From the NCBI GenBank assembly GCA_050950345.1, contig JBMNHK010000002.1, positions 284,698 through 308,697 of the forward strand: DNA of 24,000 nt. Reading direction: 5' to 3'. Numbering within the stretch: position 1 is the first letter of the stretch; each line of letters opens with the position of its first letter. A program made the position numbers and the translations under genes. Below the pieces are notes generated by a model that saw nothing but the letters and a program-made list of their open reading frames with translations, was not told where the DNA came from and did not search any database. Shown here in pieces: positions 1 through 6,555 of the stretch. The DNA comes from Pelotomaculum sp. GTDB taxonomy: Bacteria; Bacillota; Desulfotomaculia; Desulfotomaculales; Pelotomaculaceae.

Positions 1-1
1 A

Positions 2-214
2 AGCCCGACCTGCCACTACTGTCATGCGGCGAAGGATTATTTTGCGAAAAATAACATTCCCTATGTGGAAAAAGATATCAGCTCTGACTCGCAGGCCCGT
101 GCTGAGTTGCTCCAGCTGAAAGCCAGGGGTGTGCCGACTTTTGTTATCGGTGACGAGGTTATTGTTGGTTTTGACCAGAAAAGGCTCATGGAGCTGATCG
201 AACAGAACCGGTAG
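2..214 (+). CDS. Glutaredoxin-like protein (YruB/NrdH-like), 5'-truncated by the window edge
   Basis: The frame starting at position 2 reads SPTCHYCHAAKDYFAKNNIPYVEKDISSDSQARAELLQLKARGVPTFVIGDEVIVGFDQKRLMELIEQNR and stops at TAG 212-214. It has a CxxC redox motif (CHYC) and the GVPT..G.....GF pattern typical of small glutaredoxins. Confidence 0.8.
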   Translation, partial: SPTCHYCHAAKDYFAKNNIPYVEKDISSDSQARAELLQLKARGVPTFVIGDEVIVGFDQKRLMELIEQNR

Positions 215-252
215 CATGCCCTAGATTATCACATCAAACTACGAGTGCTCAC

Positions 253-282
253 GGGGCAAGGCGAAGTAAGGTTACTTGCCCC
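253..282 (+). other. GC-rich hairpin downstream of the glutaredoxin-like gene (possible terminator lacking a U-tract)
   Basis: ggggcaag (253-260) pairs perfectly with cttgcccc (275-282) around a 14-nt loop. It is followed by aaatg, not a T-run, so terminator function is uncertain. Confidence 0.3.
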
Positions 283-319
283 AAATGTAAACATGATTTC
301 GCTTATAAACAACCTTATG

Positions 320-348
320 TTGACCTAAAGGGTAAGATGATTTATAAT
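320..348 (+). promoter_or_regulatory. Sigma-A type promoter for tRNA-Val
   Basis: TTGACC (320-325), a 17-nt spacer, then TATAAT (343-348). The promoter ends about 30 nt upstream of the tRNA 5' end. Confidence 0.6.
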
Positions 349-377
349 ATTGTATACACTGAAACGATAGGTGCCAT

Positions 378-452
378 GGGGGTGTAGCTCAGCGGGAGAG
401 CGCTTGACTCACATTCAAGAGGCCACTGGTTCGAAACCAGTCATCCCCACCA
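378..452 (+). tRNA. tRNA-Val, anticodon CAC, with encoded CCA
   Basis: Manual cloverleaf. Acceptor gggggtg (378-384) pairs with catcccc (442-448), including one G-U. D stem is gctc/gagc. Anticodon stem is cttga (403-407)/tcaag (415-419) with loop ctCACat, anticodon 410-412. Variable loop is 5 nt. T arm is actgg-ttcgaaa-ccagt. Discriminator is A449 and CCA is 450-452. Confidence 0.9.
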
Positions 453-460
453 GTGATACC

Positions 461-498
461 AAGGGCTCCAGGGTTTGACCTGGGGCCTTATTGTTTTA
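461..498 (+). terminator. Rho-independent terminator after tRNA-Val
   Basis: A roughly 12-bp stem pairs 461-472 with 479-490 (aagggctccagg / cctggggcctt, including G-U pairs) around the loop gtttga. It is followed by attgtttt. Confidence 0.65.
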
Positions 499-527
499 GG
501 AAAGAATGCAGTTGATAATATTGTCGG

Positions 528-556
528 TTGATTGCATAGCATAAAAACACTATAAT
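528..556 (+). promoter_or_regulatory. Sigma-A type promoter of the toxin-antitoxin operon
   Basis: TTGATT (528-533), a 17-nt spacer, then TATAAT (551-556). A second TATAAT (562-567) and TATAAG lie just downstream. An imperfect palindrome GATAATATTGTC (514-525) lies upstream and is a possible autoregulatory operator. Confidence 0.55.
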
Positions 557-589
557 ATGGTTATAATGTTGCTATAAGGAGATGATCCC

Positions 590-880
590 ATGCACATTAA
601 ACCCTCCGCAAGCATCCGACAGAATTACAATGAAATTGCGGCTTTGTGCAAGTCCACCGGAGAACCTGTTTATCTCACCAAGAACGGCGAGGGTGATCTC
701 GTGGTCATGGATATAGAGGCTTTTACCCGTCGGGAAAAAATGCTTAAACTAAGGGAAGAGCTGTTGGCTGTTGAGGAAGATCGTATGGCCGGACGTATGG
801 GAAGCACACCAGATGAACTGGACAGATACCTGGAAAGCATTATAGACGGGGTGGAACATGGAAAAGAAGCCTCGGTATAA
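590..880 (+). CDS. Type II antitoxin, Phd/YefM family
   Basis: 96 aa. The N-terminus IRQNYNEIAALCKSTGEPVYLTKNGEGDLVVMDIEAFTRRE matches the Phd/YefM fold signature as recalled. RBS AGGAG lies 8 nt upstream. The gene overlaps the downstream toxin gene by 23 nt. Confidence 0.8.
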   Translation: MHIKPSASIRQNYNEIAALCKSTGEPVYLTKNGEGDLVVMDIEAFTRREKMLKLREELLAVEEDRMAGRMGSTPDELDRYLESIIDGVEHGKEASV

Positions 881-1175
881 AATTTTTGTTTCTGATCGTG
901 CCCGTCAAATGTTGGCGGGCCATGTTCGGTTTCTGGCTCAGAAAAGCCCTGCTGCTGCCCGCAAAACAAAAAATGACCTGATGAACGCTATCCGTTCCCT
1001 ATATCAAATGCCGGAGCGTTTTTCGTTTCTGGAAGCTGATTTTGTTCCGCCTAATAAATATCACAAGATGTTCGTAGAAAAATGGTATCTGATTTTGTAT
1101 CAGATCAAGGATCAATCAGTATATGTTGACTTTATTGTGGATTGCAGGCAGGAATATAGATGGTTGATAAAATAA
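858..1175 (+). CDS. Type II toxin, RelE/ParE family
   Basis: 105 aa in the toxin position behind a Phd/YefM gene. The C-terminal pattern YLILYQIKDQSVYVDFIVDCRQ resembles the RelE/ParE beta-sheet core (Y.i.Y.i....v.i..i). Confidence 0.7.
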   Translation: MEKKPRYKIFVSDRARQMLAGHVRFLAQKSPAAARKTKNDLMNAIRSLYQMPERFSFLEADFVPPNKYHKMFVEKWYLILYQIKDQSVYVDFIVDCRQEYRWLIK

Positions 1176-1232
1176 AATGCTGCAATGATGCGGACAGGCT
1201 TTATAAAGCTCATTTTAGGTGCAGGAAAGATT

Positions 1233-1258
1233 ACCGCCCGGCATTTAGGCCGGGCGGT
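1233..1258. terminator. Bidirectional GC-rich terminator hairpin between convergent genes
   Basis: accgcccggc (1233-1242) pairs perfectly with gccgggcggt (1249-1258) around a 6-nt loop. It sits between the toxin stop (1175) and the DUF1015 stop (1270). T-rich tracts flank it on both strands but are weak. Confidence 0.6.
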
Positions 1259-1269
1259 TGGTTGTATAT

Positions 1270-2610
1270 TTAGAGCGGGTTGATAACCAGGCCGGTGATG
1301 AATTTAGGGTAGAAGAAAGTGCTTTTCTGAGGCATCTTCTCACCATGGCTGGCTACTTCGGTTACTTCCTCCACCAGGGTGGGGTTAAGGAAAAATGCCA
1401 GCTGGTATTCCTCGTTATCGACTGCAACCAGAGCTCCTTCTTCTTCCTGGGTGTAAGTGATATGGTCGGCCCGTGCCCGCAGTTCGCCGCAGATACCTAA
1501 ATATTCTTCGATCACCAGTGTATGCAGCACGGCAACATCAAGTTTTTGCCAGGATTGGGGCTTGTCCCTGGGCATGAGTTTGGGTAACTCCCCGGCGTCA
1601 CGCAATGTAAGCATGTAAAGCCGGTTGTCTCCAATGTAAAGCCCGAAAACGTTTTTCTTGTTGTGATTGGAGTCCGGTTGGCCATTTTTGCCTAAAAGCT
1701 GCAAAAAGTCCTGGAAGTTGCTTTTGTCCGCTTTGAGGGGGTATTCTTCCACTAAAAAGTTTTCATGTAATCGTTTAATCAATAAATCACGGTCAAAACC
1801 GGCCACGTTTTTAATCAATCGATGAGTAGGTAGAATCACGAGTCCAGGGTCATAGAGATTAACCAGCGTCATCATCACATAATTATAGGGTTCACCGGAA
1901 CTGTTAGAACAGGCGTTAGCCTCCCGTTCTTTTTTATAATTCAAAGCTGTTTCGTAGCGATGGTGACCGTCGGCGATAAAGAAACGCTTATCTGCCATGG
2001 TCGCCTTGACCTTTTCGATAACGGCGGGATCCGTAATGACCCACAAACGGTGTGTTTCACCGTTATCATCAGTAAAATCAATGTCCGGCTCGCGACCCGC
2101 AGCAGCTTGCTGCAAAGTGCTGTCCACTGCATTTTCCGGGTCGGCATATAAACTGAAGACAGGGCTAAAATTGGCCCGGCAAGCCCGCATCAGCTCCAGC
2201 CGGTCAGCCTTATGCTTGGCTATGGTCTCTTCATGGGGCAGCACAATGCCTTTTTCATAAGGTTCCAATTGCACCCCGCAGATACAACAGCTGCGCACAA
2301 TCCTTTTACCGTTCAGGCTGAATTCTTGCTCGTAATAATACAGGGCGGGGGCTGTTTCCGGAAGCAGTACCCCTTCTTTCAGCCACTCCTCCAGAGTCCG
2401 GGATGCCCTGGTGTAACGGTTGTTGGTTGCGTCGTCGGTCTGTAGTATTTTGCCATATTCCAGGCGTATGATATTGTAGGGGTGCCGCTGGTAGAAGCCC
2501 TCCTGGGCAGCCGCGTCAATAACATCATAGGGTGGTGTGATCACTTCTTTCAGTTGTGCTGCTTTAGCAGGGTTGTAGCGTAAGCCACGGATCGGTACAA
2601 TTGTAGCCAT
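1270..2610 (-). CDS. DUF1015 family protein (conserved, function unknown)
   Basis: 446 aa. N-terminus MATIVPIRGLRYNP....ITPPYDVI and the internal FIADGHHRYETAL motif are characteristic of DUF1015 as recalled. Confidence 0.8.
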   Translation of the reverse strand: MATIVPIRGLRYNPAKAAQLKEVITPPYDVIDAAAQEGFYQRHPYNIIRLEYGKILQTDDATNNRYTRASRTLEEWLKEGVLLPETAPALYYYEQEFSLNGKRIVRSCCICGVQLEPYEKGIVLPHEETIAKHKADRLELMRACRANFSPVFSLYADPENAVDSTLQQAAAGREPDIDFTDDNGETHRLWVITDPAVIEKVKATMADKRFFIADGHHRYETALNYKKEREANACSNSSGEPYNYVMMTLVNLYDPGLVILPTHRLIKNVAGFDRDLLIKRLHENFLVEEYPLKADKSNFQDFLQLLGKNGQPDSNHNKKNVFGLYIGDNRLYMLTLRDAGELPKLMPRDKPQSWQKLDVAVLHTLVIEEYLGICGELRARADHITYTQEEEGALVAVDNEEYQLAFFLNPTLVEEVTEVASHGEKMPQKSTFFYPKFITGLVINPL

Positions 2611-2628
2611 TATGTATTTCCTCCATTG

Positions 2629-2952
2629 TTACCGGTATTCTTTTGGGGTCCACCTGTGGCTGTCACGCTCCCTGTATTTGGCCATAACCCTTTTGAAAGC
2701 ATCTTCCAGATCTATGTTAAGGGAGTTGGCATAGCAGAGCAGGACAAACAGGATATCACCCAATTCCAAAGCCAGATCGTTTTCTTCGGAACCCGCTTTT
2801 TTGCGTTTTTCCCCATACAAATGGTTGATCTCCCGCGCTAGTTCTCCCACTTCTTCAGTCAAACTAGCCAGCATTGCCATTGGGCTCCAATATCCTTCAG
2901 CAAACTGGCTGACCCAATTGTCCACGTCAGCCTGCATCTCTTTAAGCTCCAA
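2629..2952 (-). CDS. MazG-like nucleotide pyrophosphohydrolase (small single-domain type)
   Basis: 107 aa. It carries the EEVGELARE...E..D.L...L motif typical of the MazG/all-alpha NTP-PPase fold. The start is TTG at 2952, preceded on the minus strand by GGAGG plus 7 nt. It lies 18 nt upstream of DUF1015, so it is probably co-transcribed. Confidence 0.75.
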   Translation of the reverse strand: MELKEMQADVDNWVSQFAEGYWSPMAMLASLTEEVGELAREINHLYGEKRKKAGSEENDLALELGDILFVLLCYANSLNIDLEDAFKRVMAKYRERDSHRWTPKEYR

Positions 2953-2994
2953 AACGATTCCTCCAATATGCCTGCTAAGGACAGTTACGCCTAA

Positions 2995-3023
2995 ATTTTA
3001 CTCTGTTTCTTACTCGAGTGCAA
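2995..3023 (-). promoter_or_regulatory. Candidate sigma-A promoter for the MazG-like/DUF1015 operon
   Basis: On the minus strand: TTGCAC (plus-strand coordinates 3018-3023), a 17-nt spacer, then TAAAAT (2995-3000). Confidence 0.45.
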
Positions 3024-3132
3024 GGCTAGGATAGATTATGATAGTTTATGCTTGCCAGAAAAGCCTGTCATATTTTTATCCTGCACTCAGTAAAATAAGA
3101 CAGGTTATAAATTAGCACATGGGAAATGAGGG

Positions 3133-3870
3133 ATGGCTTTGCTGCGCCCGCGTTGGCTGATCCTTAACAAAAAAAGTATACTGCAAAAAGGGATACTGCC
3201 GGTACTGGTTTTGCTACTGGTCTTACTGGTGGTCTTTTGGGCCGCCGGGCAGTTGAAGAACCGCGGTGCCGGAAAAATTCCTGCCGATGAAATGCTGAGT
3301 ATTGGTTTGGAGAGGACTAGAGCAAGTGCCAGCTATCGCTATCAAGCTGAAACCAAACTGATTGCAGAGGGCCAGGACAATACGGTGTTCTTCAGCCAGG
3401 TTACGGGGGAGATCGTTGCGCCGGCTGATATTCATATGGTGGGCACGATGATGAACACGCCAATCGAATTTATCCAGGCCGGCGACAATTCATATTTTAA
3501 AGATCAGTCCAGCGGCAAGTGGATCCCCCTGCCGGGAAACAAGCTGGCTGATTCGGAACTTTTTTATGCCGAACTTAACCCCATGGCTTACTTTAATTTT
3601 AAGGATGTTACCGGATTAAAGCATACCGGCACAGAAAAAGTAAACGGAGAAGAGTTATTAGTGCTGGAACTGCGCCCCAACTTAATAGATCCGTTTTTAG
3701 AGCTGCGCCTTACTGATTATCGTTATAAGCTGTGGCTGGATCCCAGGGACTATCGTCTGCGGCAAGCCGCCTTAAAGGCTAAAGACAAGCAAACTCCGGG
3801 CGGCGAGGTCGATATTAACCTGCGTCTTTGGGATTATGATCAAGTTCCCCCGATTAACCCGCCGTCATAA
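3133..3870 (+). CDS. Hypothetical membrane-anchored or exported protein
   Basis: 245 aa. It has an N-terminal basic stretch followed by a hydrophobic helix (GILPVLVLLLVLLVVFWAA); the rest is soluble and looks beta-rich. No catalytic motif was recognised. A LolA/DUF-type lipoprotein-carrier-like fold is only a guess. Confidence 0.5.
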   Translation: MALLRPRWLILNKKSILQKGILPVLVLLLVLLVVFWAAGQLKNRGAGKIPADEMLSIGLERTRASASYRYQAETKLIAEGQDNTVFFSQVTGEIVAPADIHMVGTMMNTPIEFIQAGDNSYFKDQSSGKWIPLPGNKLADSELFYAELNPMAYFNFKDVTGLKHTGTEKVNGEELLVLELRPNLIDPFLELRLTDYRYKLWLDPRDYRLRQAALKAKDKQTPGGEVDINLRLWDYDQVPPINPPS

Positions 3871-3885
3871 AGAGTAAGCCATATA

Positions 3886-3908
3886 GCCGCCCGAAATGGC
3901 GGTTTTCT
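3886..3908 (+). terminator. Rho-independent terminator
   Basis: gccgcc (3886-3891) pairs with ggcggt (3898-3903) around the loop cgaaat, followed by tttct. Confidence 0.55.
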
Positions 3909-3919
3909 CATGTTATTAA

Positions 3920-3951
3920 TTGACATAAACTCAGTATAGTTGTTATATAAT
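3920..3951 (+). promoter_or_regulatory. Candidate sigma-A promoter for hpt-guaA
   Basis: TTGACA (3920-3925), then TGt-TATATA (3941-3949, extended -10, 18-nt spacer). TTATAT with a 17-nt spacer is an alternative reading. Confidence 0.5.
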
Positions 3952-3999
3952 AGATATATTCTGCAATGATGCGACTTATATTAACGGGGGTCTTATTTA

Positions 4000-4551
4000 A
4001 TGCATCAGGATTTTGAAAGCGTACTTTTCACGGAGGAACAGATCCAGCAAAGGGTCAGGGAGCTTGCGGAGCGAATATCCCATGACTATATGGGAAAGGA
4101 ACTTTTAGTGATCGGGATTCTTAAAGGATCCGTGTTTTTTTTGAGCGACCTGGTGCGCAATATGAACATTCCTGCATGTATCGACTTTATGGCTGTATCC
4201 AGCTATGGAGCATCATCCAGGTCCTCCGGGGTCGTCAGAATTTTAAAGGATCTGGAGCAGGGGATTGAGGGCAGACATGTGTTGATCGTGGAGGATATTA
4301 TCGATACGGGCCTTACCTTAAGCTATCTATTGGATAACCTTGCCACACGCGGACCAGCCAGCCTTAAGATTTGTACGCTGCTGGACAAGCCATCCAGGCG
4401 CCTTGCCAATATAGAAGTAGACTACAATGGTTTTAAAATAAAGGACCACTTTGTGGTTGGTTACGGTTTGGATTATAACGAGCAATACCGCAACCACCCC
4501 TGTATCATGATTTTAAGCCCAAAAGTATATAAAGGGGGAGAAGAAGTATGA
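4000..4551 (+). CDS. hpt: Hypoxanthine(-guanine) phosphoribosyltransferase
   Basis: 183 aa. PRPP-binding motif [14 protein letters not shown]. Flanking patterns GILKGS.F and DF...SSYG are typical of Hpt. Confidence 0.92.
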   Translation: MHQDFESVLFTEEQIQQRVRELAERISHDYMGKELLVIGILKGSVFFLSDLVRNMNIPACIDFMAVSSYGASSRSSGVVRILKDLEQGIEGRHVLIVEDIIDTGLTLSYLLDNLATRGPASLKICTLLDKPSRRLANIEVDYNGFKIKDHFVVGYGLDYNEQYRNHPCIMILSPKVYKGGEEV

Positions 4552-6089
4552 ACCTGCCTGAGCAGGAATTGGTTATTGTCCTTGATTTCGGTGGCCAGTA
4601 CAGCCATTTAATTGCCAGGCGCATCCGCGAACTGAAGGTTTTTTGCGAGATGCTGCCTTTTTCTACACCAGTGGCTGAGATATTAGCAAAAAAGCCGAAA
4701 GGTATTCTCTTTTCCGGCGGGCCATCCAGCGTATATCAGGACAAAGCGCCTGTCTGTGACCCGGCCATATATGATTCCGGGATCCCAATCCTGGGCATCT
4801 GCTATGGTATGCAGCTGATGACCCAGCAGTTAGGCGGCGTGGTAGCAAGAGCGCCCCAAAGGGAATATGGCAAGACAGGCCTTGAGGTCCTGGCACGGGA
4901 CGGGCTGTTGTGTTGCATGGAACCGGAGGAACAATGCTGGATGAGCCACGGGGATCGCGTTGAACAGCCACCTCCCGGCTTTAGTGTAATCGCGCGTACG
5001 GATAACGCGCCGGTTGCGGCTATGGCTTACCCGGAACGAGGGCTTTACGCTGTCCAGTTTCACCCCGAAGTGGTCCATACCCCCAGGGGGCAGGATGTAT
5101 TGAAAACCTTCCTTTACGATATCTGTGGTTGCAGCGGCAACTGGAACATGGGTTCATTTTTGGAGCGGGCCATAGCCGAAGTGAAGCAGCAGGTAGGGGA
5201 CAAAAAAGTCATCTGCGCTCTAAGCGGCGGGGTGGATTCCTCAGTTGCCGCCGTACTGGTGCAGCGTGCTGTGGGTGAACAGCTAACTTGCGTGTTTGTC
5301 AATCATGGCCTGCTGCGCAAAGAGGAAGAGAAACAAGTACACAGGACTTTTGAAGAGAAGTTTAAAATCAAACTGGTGTATGTTGATGCCAGGGAGAGAT
5401 TTTTGGCCAGGCTGGCCGGTGTTACCGATCCGGAACAAAAGAGGAAGATTATCGGAGAGGAGTTTATCCGCGTTTTTGAGGAAGAAGCCGCAAAAATAGG
5501 CGATATAGATTTCCTTGTCCAGGGCACCCTGTATCCGGATGTGGTGGAGAGCGGTACGGCTACGGCGGCGGTGATCAAGAGCCACCATAACGTAGGCGGT
5601 CTCCCCGAGAATATGAAATTTGAACTGGTGGAACCCCTGTACTGGCTGTTTAAAGATGAAGTGAGGGTCCTGGGTCAGGAAATGGGGCTACCTGAAGAGG
5701 TGATCTGGCGTCAGCCTTTCCCCGGGCCTGGTATGGCTGTGCGGGTGTTGGGAGAAGTTACGGCAGAAAAGGTGAGACTGGTGCAGGAAGCAGATGCCAT
5801 CGTGGAAGAGGAAATCCGCAAAGCCGGGCTTTACCGGCAGATCTGGCAGTCCTTTGCCATTTTGCCCAATTTAAGAAGCGTGGGAGTAATGGGTGACGAG
5901 CGTACCTATTCCCATACGGTGGCTATTCGCGCTGTTAACAGCGACGATGCTATGACAGCCGACTGGGTGAGGCTGCCTTACGAGGTGCTGGAAGCCATTT
6001 CCTCCCGCATTGTCAGCGAGGTAAAGGGTGTCAACCGTGTGGTCTACGACATCACCTCCAAGCCTCCGGCGACCATTGAATGGGAGTAG
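4548..6089 (+). CDS. guaA: GMP synthase (glutamine-hydrolysing)
   Basis: 513 aa. It has an N-terminal class I glutamine amidotransferase domain (GICYGMQ, HPEV), an ATP-PPase P-loop SGGVDSSV, and the C-terminal end KPPATIEWE. Its start overlaps the hpt stop (ATGA). Confidence 0.95.
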   Translation: MNLPEQELVIVLDFGGQYSHLIARRIRELKVFCEMLPFSTPVAEILAKKPKGILFSGGPSSVYQDKAPVCDPAIYDSGIPILGICYGMQLMTQQLGGVVARAPQREYGKTGLEVLARDGLLCCMEPEEQCWMSHGDRVEQPPPGFSVIARTDNAPVAAMAYPERGLYAVQFHPEVVHTPRGQDVLKTFLYDICGCSGNWNMGSFLERAIAEVKQQVGDKKVICALSGGVDSSVAAVLVQRAVGEQLTCVFVNHGLLRKEEEKQVHRTFEEKFKIKLVYVDARERFLARLAGVTDPEQKRKIIGEEFIRVFEEEAAKIGDIDFLVQGTLYPDVVESGTATAAVIKSHHNVGGLPENMKFELVEPLYWLFKDEVRVLGQEMGLPEEVIWRQPFPGPGMAVRVLGEVTAEKVRLVQEADAIVEEEIRKAGLYRQIWQSFAILPNLRSVGVMGDERTYSHTVAIRAVNSDDAMTADWVRLPYEVLEAISSRIVSEVKGVNRVVYDITSKPPATIEWE

Positions 6090-6181
6090 AAGATAACACA
6101 CCGGGGATATTTGACGGTCTTGGATTAAGAAGCAGGTGCGGCAGGCAGTGGTCGGGGCATTGGGAAAAAATCTAAATTTGC

Positions 6182-6210
6182 TTGACAACTGCTGGATAGG
6201 GTGGTACAGT
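6182..6210 (+). promoter_or_regulatory. Candidate sigma-A promoter of the T-box leader
   Basis: TTGACA (6182-6187), a 17-nt spacer ending in TGg (extended -10), then TACAGT (6205-6210). Confidence 0.55.
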
Positions 6211-6220
6211 AGTAAAATCA

Positions 6221-6506
6221 AAGGCTATGACGGAGAGAAAAACGCATTTAATGCCGGAAAGCCGCTGGTACAGCGGTGCAGAGATTCTGCGGTTGGTGCG
6301 AGCAGGACCCGTAACAATGCGTATAAATACACTTCTGAGCCGGTATGTTGAACTGAGTAGGCATACCCGGGCGCCTCCGTTACAGGGCTAGGGTTGATGG
6401 ACCCGAACAGAGTGACAGCCGTATTTCCCGGTTGTAATAAGGGTGGTACCACGGAAGTGATATGCTTTCGTCCCTTGGGCGTTTTGCCCGGGACGAAAGC
6501 TTTTTT
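6221..6506 (+). promoter_or_regulatory. T-box riboswitch leader with predicted specifier codon UAC (Tyr)
   Basis: Stem I base ggc/gcc has a K-turn (uaugac / uga) and helix ggag (6232-6235)/cuuc (6332-6335). Helix acgcauu (6242-6248)/aaugcgu (6316-6322) follows. The 3' side of the specifier loop is AUAAA-UAC-A (codon 6328-6330, purine 6331). Other elements: AG bulge AGAGA (6280-6284); distal loop GGUUGGUGCGA (6291-6301); Stem II ggtatg/catacc with AGUA; F-box CCGUUA (6377-6382); T-box core AAUAAGGGUGGUACCACGG (6436-6454) with bulge UGGU. Confidence 0.88.
6464..6506 (+). terminator. Intrinsic terminator of the T-box leader (attenuator)
   Basis: gctttcgtccc (6464-6474) pairs perfectly with gggacgaaagc (6490-6500). 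An inner gggc/gccc helix extends the stem, and it is followed by TTTTTT (6501-6506). The 5' arm segment CCCUU (6472-6476) can instead pair with AAGGG (6439-6443) of the T-box to form the antiterminator. Confidence 0.9.
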
Positions 6507-6555
6507 GTTCCCGGGAAAAATGCTTCTCCATCAAATAAAGTTTTGGAGGGTTATC

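Noticed and set aside
1180-1192. The 13-nt exact repeat ctgcaatgatgcg at 1180-1192 and again at 3961-3973, both in intergenic DNA.
   Set aside because: By a rough estimate, a few same-strand 13-mer coincidences are expected by chance in 24 kb. The flanks do not extend the match and no associated structure was seen.
453-1269. The idea that the TA module is part of an integrated element with att sites at tRNA-Val.
   Set aside because: I found no direct repeat of the tRNA 3' end (tcgaaaccagtcatcccca) downstream, and no integrase or recombinase gene. Only the compositional impression remains, and that is reported as a low-interest finding.
1258-1500. An 80-aa + strand ORF overlapping the 3' end of DUF1015.
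   Set aside because: It is antisense to a well-supported gene and starts inside the bidirectional terminator region. It has no RBS and no recognisable features.
6394-6555. The N-terminal 54-codon extension of the lyase ORF given in the ORF track (start at 6394).
   Set aside because: It runs through the T-box core, the terminator hairpin and the U-tract. A strong RBS (GGAGGG 6545-6550) precedes the in-frame ATG at 6556, and family-like sequence begins only after that ATG.
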